Shown one piece after another: positions 41,760 through 48,898 of a stretch of 64,000 bases of DNA (the stretch's first letter is position 1; the number at the start of each line of letters is the position of its first letter). The notes under the pieces were generated by a model, which had not been told where the DNA came from, ran no database searches, and worked only from the letters and a program-made list of their open reading frames with translations. The position numbers were made by a program, and so were the translations under genes. The DNA is from Vicinamibacterales bacterium (GTDB lineage: Bacteria > Acidobacteriota > Vicinamibacteria > Vicinamibacterales > UBA2999), in contig JBFWVR010000002.1 in assembly GCA_050246635.1 (NCBI GenBank), positions 373,938 to 437,937 of the forward strand. The letters are read 5' to 3'.

Positions 41760-42485
41760 CTACGGTTCCTCGACGCTCAGGCTGGCAGGCCCACCCCACC
41801 GCACCGATTTCCGCACGAGACGGTAGGCGGGCCTGAGGCGGGGACTCTTCGGCGGACGGCGATCGAACAAGGGCTGCGGCCCGGACGGACGCTCCGCGAC
41901 CAACTGGGGCGTTGACGGGCCCGGGGCGGCGGCGCGCGCCGCGGCCGCTTCCGCCCGTGCCGCCCGCGCGGCGGTCGCTGCGATCTTCGCGGCCTGGCGC
42001 TCCTCCAGCTTCTTGCCGCGCGCCGCCTCGCGCGCCGCCAGGATCGTCTCCCTCCGCGCCTCGTCGCGGGCCGCGCGCGAGATGTCAGAGGTGCCCGCGG
42101 CGGCGGAGCGTTCCCGACGATGGTCCACCGAGGTTTTCCAGCGCCTCGCCACGACACGAGCGGCACCGAGGAGCAGCGGGGAAAACGGACGCCGGTGTGG
42201 CCCAATCTCGGTCATCCGGCGCATCAGTTGCTCGAGCGCATCCGGAGGCGCCGAACCGTCCGGCCCCAGCAGTCCGGCGTCGACCACCCGGTAGGGAGGC
42301 AGCGCGCCACTGGCGAGGGCACGTGCACGGTCGCCCGGCGAGCCGGCGATGCACCAGTCGCACGTGGCCGGGCCACCAGGCTCCCACGGCTCCACGAGCT
42401 CCGCTCCTGGTGTCCTGCCCGCGGCCTCGCGCAAGGACTCCCGCAGTCGCGGCGTCGGGCCCACGCAGCCGATGCGCACGCTCAT
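41760..42485 (-). CDS. small hypothetical protein (N-terminal RI-VG module plus A/R/E/K-rich tail), partner of D2
   Basis: Part of ORF 41760..42593. ATG 42485 (MSVRIGCVGPTPRL…) is in an ATGA overlap (tcat 42482-42485). Tail: RAARDEARRETILAAREAARGKKLEERQAAKIAATAARAARAEAAAARA. Confidence 0.55.
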   Translation of the reverse strand: MSVRIGCVGPTPRLRESLREAAGRTPGAELVEPWEPGGPATCDWCIAGSPGDRARALASGALPPYRVVDAGLLGPDGSAPPDALEQLMRRMTEIGPHRRPFSPLLLGAARVVARRWKTSVDHRRERSAAAGTSDISRAARDEARRETILAAREAARGKKLEERQAAKIAATAARAARAEAAAARAAAPGPSTPQLVAERPSGPQPLFDRRPPKSPRLRPAYRLVRKSVRWGGPASLSVEEP

Positions 42486-43729
42486 GCGACTGCACCGCCG
42501 CGGGACGGCGCGTCCCACTGCTTGAGCGCATCGAGTGGCGGCATCGTCAGCGTGTGCCGGGGAGACGGCTGCCGGGGATGCGTCTCGGACCACGCCAGCG
42601 CGTCGAACACCGTCGCGAACTCACGCGCCGGACCGCTGTCGCCACCTTCGACCTCGGCGAGCTCGCCGCGCGCTCGCGACACGGGCAGCGCAGAGATGCC
42701 CTGCAGGTACAGCTGCGTCGACTGGACGAACACCCGCACGTCGTCCCGCTCGAGCGCGAGGCCGTCGGTGAGCGCGTCGAGATCCTCCCAGCGATCGGAG
42801 CCGAGCCTGGCGGCCCGCTGGTAGTCACCGAGGCAGCCCACGTAGTACTGGGCGCGGTTCAACGCCAGGCCGGCGAAACGGTCCGGCAAGGCGCGGGCAA
42901 CCCGCTCGTAGTCGTTCAGCACGAGCGCGTGCGTGAAGCAGGCCTCGGTCGGCATGAACTCGACGAGCTGCTTCCATGAGAGCCCGAGGTCCCGCATGAA
43001 GCGATCGGCCAGGACCCCGCGGCGCCGGAACGACGCGCCGTTGCCCACGCCACAGCTCACGAACAGGCCATCGTCGATCAACAGGAACTCGTCGGTGTGC
43101 GCCAGCATCAGGAACCCGGACGTGTAGTCCGGGCAGACCGGCGGGCAGATGCGGCCGATCGCCGACGCGCGAACCGTGTCGATGACCGATCGGTGGCACG
43201 CCGACGTCATGAGCTTCGGCAGGACCTTCGACCCGAACTTGGGCTGGCCGTTCAGGTAGTAGGCGAGCACGCGCCGGCTCTCGAAGCGGTACTCCTGGAG
43301 CGAGCAGAGACGCCGGGTGAAGACCGACTGCGGATCGCCGGCGCGCTTCGGGGCGAAGCGATCGGGGAACCAGCCGAACAGGCGCAGCCCCGTCGAGGCC
43401 GCCCGCTCGTGCACCAGGGCGAGCGCGTCCCGGCGCAGCACCGACCGATCCGTGAGGATGCTCACGAACTCGCCGCGCGCGGCCGAGACCGCGTGCTCCC
43501 AGTTGTCGGGCATCGACAGGGTGCCGCCCGTGCGCACGTAGCGCACCCGCGCGTCCTCGAAGCCCGCCGCGACGGCGGCCGTCTCGTCGGCCTCGCCGGC
43601 GTCGCTGTTGTCGCACACGACGACCTCGAAATCGCGGAAGGTCTGGGCGAGCACCGACTGGACCGCGTCCCGGAGGTGGAGGGGGCGGTTCTTCGTCGGG
43701 ATGGCAATCGTGAAGAACGGCGCGCTCAT
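42482..43729 (-). CDS. GT2-family glycosyltransferase with long C-terminal extension (paralog of 32027..33289)
   Basis: Part of ORF 42482..44071. ATG 43729 (MSAPFFTIAIPTKNRP…) is in an ATGA overlap (tcat 43726-43729). FEVVVCDNSD is present and the protein is colinear with 32027..33289 over its whole length. Confidence 0.8.
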   Translation of the reverse strand: MSAPFFTIAIPTKNRPLHLRDAVQSVLAQTFRDFEVVVCDNSDAGEADETAAVAAGFEDARVRYVRTGGTLSMPDNWEHAVSAARGEFVSILTDRSVLRRDALALVHERAASTGLRLFGWFPDRFAPKRAGDPQSVFTRRLCSLQEYRFESRRVLAYYLNGQPKFGSKVLPKLMTSACHRSVIDTVRASAIGRICPPVCPDYTSGFLMLAHTDEFLLIDDGLFVSCGVGNGASFRRRGVLADRFMRDLGLSWKQLVEFMPTEACFTHALVLNDYERVARALPDRFAGLALNRAQYYVGCLGDYQRAARLGSDRWEDLDALTDGLALERDDVRVFVQSTQLYLQGISALPVSRARGELAEVEGGDSGPAREFATVFDALAWSETHPRQPSPRHTLTMPPLDALKQWDAPSRGGAVA

Positions 43730-45213
43730 CGGGCCGCCTCCGGCGAGGCCAGCGCGAGCCCGGGCACGAGGGCCTCGGGACGGCGGGGGCCGGCGGTCAT
43801 CGCCGCGGGCGCGCCGACCATGCTCTCGAGCAGATCGGCGACGACGTCGGAGGCGGGCGTGTCCACGCCGCAGGGGCGCAGGAACCACCGGACGAAGCCG
43901 CGCCGGCCCTCCCGCTGGACGTCGGCGCCCTCCCGCACGATCCGCCAGACCCGCTCGGCGATCTCGTCGTGTGTCGCGCTCACCTCGAGGAACTGCCCCT
44001 TGAGGAGGTGCCGGAAGTGGCCGGTGCGTCCCTGCGACGGATAGTACTCGTCGGCGACGATCGTGAGGCACGGTCGATCAGCCACGGCGGCTTCGAGGAA
44101 GGCGGTCGTGTTGAGGCCGATGGTGCCGGCCGCCAGCGCGAGCTGATCGAAGTAGGCCTGCCACGCCTCCGGCGTGTCTGCCTGGTCGCCCTCGCGCGGA
44201 TACACGACCACGCCACGGCGGGCGTAGCCGTTCCACGTGTCCGCGTTCGTGGGATGCGGCCGCACGACGATCGTTGGCGCCGCGTCCCCGAAGCGACGGT
44301 CGAACGCGTCGGCGATCCGCGTCACGAGCGGCGTCTCGTCCGGGGCCAGGGTGCGCGATGAGCAGAGGAACACCACGTATGGCCGGTCGTCCGGGCAGCC
44401 CATGAGCGCGCAGAGCGCCTCACGCGTCGCGGAGGTCGAGAAGGTGAAGAACCGATCGAGGTGCGGCGCGCCCGTGATACGCACGAGCTCCGGCGGGATG
44501 TCGTGCAGGGTGACCGCCTCCTCGGCAAGCGGCTCGTTCCACACCACGAAGACGTCCGGCAGCACGTGCACGGTGCCCTTGCTGGTGAGGTTGTCCCAGC
44601 TGTTGACGTACCCCACAGTGGGGATCCCGAGGCAGCGCGCGGCGTGGAGGTAGTCGGCCTCGACCGGGTTCTTGGGCCAGATGGTCGGCGAGACGAGCAC
44701 CACGTCGGGTGCCGCCTCCCGCAGGAGGTCGACGACGGTGGGGCTTGGCGGGCTGACGCTCTCGAGCGCGCGCCAGGCCTGCAACGTGCCGCGCCGCCAG
44801 ATCGTCGCGCGGGCGGCGCGCGACCGCACGAAGCGCTGCATGCGCGGCGGCATCTCGTGCTCGAGGGCCTCGGTCACCCGCTCTGGCGACGGATGCCAGG
44901 GACGCATGTAGGTGCCTCGGCTGAGCACCTGCCGGCCCATCATGAGCGCCTCGTACCACGGCTCGGGCGGATCCGGCCGGTAGCCCACCTCGACGTCGGC
45001 AATCGCCTCCTGCGCCGCGCTCAGCCCGCGCCCCAGGTAGGTCATCTTCTTCCGGCCGACCTTCTTCTGCTCGACACGCGCCATGAGCCCGGGATCGGTC
45101 ATCTTCGTCCCGTGCAGCACCGCGACGCGGTGGCCGCGACGGTGGAGTTCCCGCAGCACCGTATCCAGGTTGCGGAAGAAGTTCACGTGCTGCATCACGA
45201 AGAGGGCCTTCAT
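43726..45213 (-). CDS. paralog family copy P8 (subfamily 2, single domain)
   Basis: 495-aa ORF: MKALFVMQHVNFFRNLDTVLRELHRRGH…, NSWDNLTSKG, VWNEPLAEEAVTLHDIP, IVVRPHPTN, TIGLNTTAFLEAAVADRPC, SQGRTGHFRHLL. Confidence 0.85.
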   Translation of the reverse strand: MKALFVMQHVNFFRNLDTVLRELHRRGHRVAVLHGTKMTDPGLMARVEQKKVGRKKMTYLGRGLSAAQEAIADVEVGYRPDPPEPWYEALMMGRQVLSRGTYMRPWHPSPERVTEALEHEMPPRMQRFVRSRAARATIWRRGTLQAWRALESVSPPSPTVVDLLREAAPDVVLVSPTIWPKNPVEADYLHAARCLGIPTVGYVNSWDNLTSKGTVHVLPDVFVVWNEPLAEEAVTLHDIPPELVRITGAPHLDRFFTFSTSATREALCALMGCPDDRPYVVFLCSSRTLAPDETPLVTRIADAFDRRFGDAAPTIVVRPHPTNADTWNGYARRGVVVYPREGDQADTPEAWQAYFDQLALAAGTIGLNTTAFLEAAVADRPCLTIVADEYYPSQGRTGHFRHLLKGQFLEVSATHDEIAERVWRIVREGADVQREGRRGFVRWFLRPCGVDTPASDVVADLLESMVGAPAAMTAGPRRPEALVPGLALASPEAAR

Positions 45214-45222
45214 GTGCAGGCG

Positions 45223-45231
45223 ATTCTAGCA
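45223..45231 (-). promoter_or_regulatory. candidate extended -10 promoter (TGC-TAGAAT) 9 nt upstream of ATG 45213
   Basis: The minus strand reads CCCCCTTGCTAGAATCGCCTGCACATG in the 67-nt gap. That spacing implies a very short or absent 5' leader. Confidence 0.35.
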
Positions 45232-45280
45232 AGGGGGCTCGACCGGCTCCCGACAAAATCGTGCACGCCGGCGTCGGCAC

Positions 45281-46354
45281 TCAGGCGGGGACGAGAACGA
45301 GGTCCGTCTTGTGCCCCCGGCCGTCGGCCAGGTACCCAAGCGCCTCCGGGAGGTCCGCCACGGGACGCAACCGCGAACCGTCCGCGGCGGGGTGGAGGTC
45401 GATGAAGCGGGTGAAGTGCGCGGCCAGGCGGGCCAGCAGGTCCTCCGGTGAGCCACCCGCGGCGCGCAACAGGGGCGGGTCGATCTCCAGCTGCCAGGCG
45501 ATGTGCCGGCACGCGAGCACCCCCGGGGCGCCCTCCAGCACGTGCGGCTCCCATCCCTGCACGTCCACCTTCACGAAGTGCACGGCGTCCAGATCGATCC
45601 GGCGGTCGGCAACCCACGAGTCGAGGCGACGGCAGGGCACCGCCACGGCATCACGCACCTTGCGGCCACCGGCGCCTATGGTGTGGCCGCCGATGTACTT
45701 CCCGCGGCGGAGGGTCACCTCGCCGTCGGCCGATCCGATCGCGCACTGCTCCGGCAGGACGAGCCCGGACAGGCCGTTGATGATCAACGTTCGCACCAGG
45801 CTCTCGAAGTTGCCGGGGTCGGGCTCGGCCGCGTAGGCGACGCCGCAGTCGCCGAGCACCGTCCGGAGCAGCGACGTCCGGCCGATGTTGGCACCGACGT
45901 CCAGCATGATCGGGCCCACCGACACCTCGCGCGTCTGCAGCAGGGCGCGCAAGGGTAGTCCCTGGGCCCGCAGGCGCTCGGCGCGGTCCGGCTGGCGTGC
46001 GCTGGCCGGTGCGCACCAGGTGATGCCGCCCAGCTCCACCGCGATCCCCGCGTCCGCGCCCTGCCGGGCCACCTCGACGGCGTGGCGGTACGCATCGACG
46101 TGCTGCATCCACGCGGCATGCCGCGCACGCGCGGCCGGACTGCTCGCCCGCCGGCGCGCGGAGGCCACGCGCGCCGGCAACAACACCTGCAGCGACTCGG
46201 TCGCGGGAATGCGACGATGTGCGTCGCGTGCCGAGACCCGTGCCCCGGCAGCGGCAGACTTCCAGTGCTGCAGGGCCTCGCGGGTGGCCAGGAGATCAGC
46301 CTCGAGGTGGCGGGCCGCCGGCATGAGCCAGCGCCGCACGGGGGAGTCCGGCAT
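45281..46354 (-). CDS. FkbM-family methyltransferase with ~150-aa N-terminal extension
   Basis: 357-aa ORF containing IMLDVGANIGRTSL…YAAEPDPGNFESL…FVKVDVQGWEPHVLEGA. Confidence 0.8.
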   Translation of the reverse strand: MPDSPVRRWLMPAARHLEADLLATREALQHWKSAAAGARVSARDAHRRIPATESLQVLLPARVASARRRASSPAARARHAAWMQHVDAYRHAVEVARQGADAGIAVELGGITWCAPASARQPDRAERLRAQGLPLRALLQTREVSVGPIMLDVGANIGRTSLLRTVLGDCGVAYAAEPDPGNFESLVRTLIINGLSGLVLPEQCAIGSADGEVTLRRGKYIGGHTIGAGGRKVRDAVAVPCRRLDSWVADRRIDLDAVHFVKVDVQGWEPHVLEGAPGVLACRHIAWQLEIDPPLLRAAGGSPEDLLARLAAHFTRFIDLHPAADGSRLRPVADLPEALGYLADGRGHKTDLVLVPA

Positions 46355-46362
46355 GGCAACCT

Positions 46363-46384
46363 CGGAAACCGGGGACGGTTTCCG
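46363..46384. other. intergenic stem-loop (8-bp stem cggaaacc/ggtttccg, 6-nt loop)
   Basis: Read directly: cggaaacc-ggggac-ggtttccg, between stop 46391 and ATG 46354. There is no U-tract, so it is not a canonical terminator. Confidence 0.4.
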
Positions 46385-46390
46385 GGGATC

Positions 46391-48898
46391 CTACACCGCC
46401 TCAGCCCCCCCGGTCCGTTCGGCGCGAGGCCTGCCTGCCACCGCCGGTGCCCGACGCCGCAGGAGCCCCGGCAGCGAGGTCCGGCCCCGCACCAGCCGCG
46501 ACGAAGCCGCCGTCGGGGAGGCCCGGTGTCTCCCCGTACGCGCGCAGATGCGCGTCAGCGCCCGCGCGGCCAACGCGACCACGGGGCGTGGCAGCCGCGT
46601 GGCCGCGTCACGCGCCGCCGCCGGCCGGGACGCGGCGTCACGCACGGCCGCCAGCACGAGGTCGGCGGATGGGTAGTCAGGGCCCAGGAAGTGCGCGGCC
46701 GCCCACCCTGCGTCTGCCCTCGCCGGCACGTGCCCGCCGTCGAGGGCGTCCGCGACGTGGCGGACCAGCTCGGCGGCGCTCGAGGCCGCGCGCGCCGGAC
46801 CACCACCCGCGTGGGTGAAGTCATCGACTGGCGCGATGCCTGCCGGCCCCGTCTCCGTCGCCACGAGGCCGACGGCCGGACGGCCGCTGAGGTGCGCCAG
46901 GGTCAACGCCAGTGGATCGGCGCTCACGACAACGGCCGCGCCGCGGATCATCTCCCTGAGCAGCACGCTGTCCAGGCTGCCGGATCGGTCGTAGCGGGTC
47001 GGGCAGAGGATCACATCCCCCAGCCCCGTGAAGTCGGCGCCGCGCCACGCCCGCGCCGCCGATGGCGCGGGGCGGATCAGCACGAGCAGGTCGCGCAGGC
47101 CACGACGGCGACTGCCGCGCAACGCCGTCAGCCACTCGCGCACGAACGGCGCCTCCGGCGGCCGGCCGCCAAGCCCGCCTGCGCCCGCAAACAGCACGAA
47201 TGGACGACCGGGCGCGATGCCGAGCAGGCGCCGGAACTCGGCATCGGTGATCGTCTCCGCGGAATCATCCTCGGCGTACTCGTGGAGCGGCGCACCGGTG
47301 ACGGCGAACACCGTGCCGCGGCCGGTCCACAGCCGGGCCGGCTTCTGCTGCGAGCGCGTCCACAAGAGCGCGACGTCCGGGCGCAGGTGCAGCGCGACCG
47401 GGTTCACGCCCGAATCGAGACAGCCGGCCGCGGCGACGACCGGCACACGCGCGGCGGCCGCGGCGGCCGCCAGCGACGCTTGTTCGGGCGCCGTGTCGAC
47501 GGCCATCGGGAGGTCGAGCGCCGGCAGCAGCAACAGGACGTCCGGCCGCACCTCCTGGACCAGGGACGAGGCGCCGGCGTCGGGCGGCACCGCCCGCGCC
47601 AGGCGCGCCGTCCAGCGGGCCAGGCGGGCGCACGCCGCGTGCCGGCCATGCCAACGGTCCACCGCCTGGAGCTCGGGTGGCAGGATCCACCGCAGCATGC
47701 GGCGCCGCCACCGGGACGCCTGCGGGGCGAGTTCGCCATCGAGCAGCGCGGTCGCTGCCGCCAGGCGAAGCAGCCGGTCGCTCACCGGTCCCCAGCCATC
47801 GTCGCGCCGCGGCACCACGCCGACAGGAATGACACCGCGCAGGTCATCGAGGCGGTCGAACAGCTCGAGGGGCTGGCCGGAGCGGGCGGTGAACGCCACG
47901 AACACCGTGTGGCCGTCGGACCGCAGCCGCCGGAGCCAGGCGCCATACTGTTCGAGGTACGCGACCGATGGCGTGGCGACGAGCACGGCCAGTCGCGCCC
48001 CTCGAGGCGCCGGCAGGTGCCGGACGCCACGGTCCACCCGGCGCGCCAGACCTGACATCAGCGCGATGGCGCGGGCAGCGGATCGGGTCGGCTCACGGTG
48101 CGCCCGCGGCGGCTGCCGCGCGGCCAGCACCGCGGGCAGCACGGTCTGCACCAGCGCGCGCCCGGGGGCCGGCGCCGCCGGTCCGTGCGTGACCCCGCCG
48201 CCGTCGAGCACGATCACGGATCGGGAGTCGATGCCGAGGGCGGCCACCAACAGGTCGCGATGCGCGTCGCTCCACGCGCAATGCCAGTCAGGCGCCTCGT
48301 GCGGCGTCCCGCCGGCGGCAGGTTCGTCTCCGCACGCGGGCACGGAGAGGGTCGGGATGCCGAGCACCCGCGCCGCGCGCACGTAGTCCGCCTGGGACGA
48401 GCCCGCTTCGAGGAGCGAGGTCAGGATGATCGCGGCCGGCGCCTCGGTGCGCAGGAAGTCCACGACGCCTGGGTCGAGGGGCAGCACCCGCTCGAGCGCC
48501 CGCGCGCCGCGGAGCAGACCGCGACGGACGGCGCCCCTCCGCGCACCGGGTACGTGGGCGAGGACACGGACGAGCGGCGGCACGGCCCGGAGAACGTCCT
48601 GGTGGGCGGGGGGCGGCGGCTGCGCGAGGTCGTCCAACCGCAGGACCTCTATCAGGCCGCGCAGCGTCGCGGCCAGCGCCCGGTGTGGAGACAACCCTCG
48701 CGGTTGGGACGCATGACTGAGCGACGGATACTCGCGTTCGAGGGCACGAAGTGGCTCGGAAGCCGCGACGTCATTCCGGGCCAGGGCGAGACGTACGTGG
48801 GCCCCCGATGCCAGCAGCGCGGGCAACATGTCGCCAGGCCCCAGCACGGCCGCCGAGTCGGGAGCCAGAACCAGGATGCGCTCACCCATGCCGCTCAC
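46391..48898 (-). CDS. motif-degenerate member of the paralog family (D3): N-terminal half-domain plus one degenerate full domain, basic tail
   Basis: 835-aa ORF. GTG 48898 is in a GTGA overlap (tcac 48895-48898); ATG 48889 is an alternative. Family-like blocks are …SSQADYVRAARVLGIPTLSVPACGDEP… and …RPDVLLLLPALDLPMAVDTAPEQASL…LIRPAPSAARAW…. The canonical motifs are lost. Confidence 0.65.
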   Translation of the reverse strand: MSGMGERILVLAPDSAAVLGPGDMLPALLASGAHVRLALARNDVAASEPLRALEREYPSLSHASQPRGLSPHRALAATLRGLIEVLRLDDLAQPPPPAHQDVLRAVPPLVRVLAHVPGARRGAVRRGLLRGARALERVLPLDPGVVDFLRTEAPAAIILTSLLEAGSSQADYVRAARVLGIPTLSVPACGDEPAAGGTPHEAPDWHCAWSDAHRDLLVAALGIDSRSVIVLDGGGVTHGPAAPAPGRALVQTVLPAVLAARQPPRAHREPTRSAARAIALMSGLARRVDRGVRHLPAPRGARLAVLVATPSVAYLEQYGAWLRRLRSDGHTVFVAFTARSGQPLELFDRLDDLRGVIPVGVVPRRDDGWGPVSDRLLRLAAATALLDGELAPQASRWRRRMLRWILPPELQAVDRWHGRHAACARLARWTARLARAVPPDAGASSLVQEVRPDVLLLLPALDLPMAVDTAPEQASLAAAAAAARVPVVAAAGCLDSGVNPVALHLRPDVALLWTRSQQKPARLWTGRGTVFAVTGAPLHEYAEDDSAETITDAEFRRLLGIAPGRPFVLFAGAGGLGGRPPEAPFVREWLTALRGSRRRGLRDLLVLIRPAPSAARAWRGADFTGLGDVILCPTRYDRSGSLDSVLLREMIRGAAVVVSADPLALTLAHLSGRPAVGLVATETGPAGIAPVDDFTHAGGGPARAASSAAELVRHVADALDGGHVPARADAGWAAAHFLGPDYPSADLVLAAVRDAASRPAAARDAATRLPRPVVALAARALTRICARTGRHRASPTAASSRLVRGRTSLPGLLRRRAPAVAGRPRAERTGGAEAV

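Larger units (their letters stand above)
42482..45213 (-). repeat. two-gene cassette, copy B of the segmental duplication (a third copy of the first gene lies at 48895..50772)
   Basis: Evidence as for copy A. The 5' ends also match: 45181-45213 gttcacgtgctgcatcacgaagagggccttcat, 50741-50772 gttcacgtgctgcaggacgaagagcaccttcat, 34726-34758 gttgacgtgctggacgatgaagagcgtcttcat. Confidence 0.6.
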
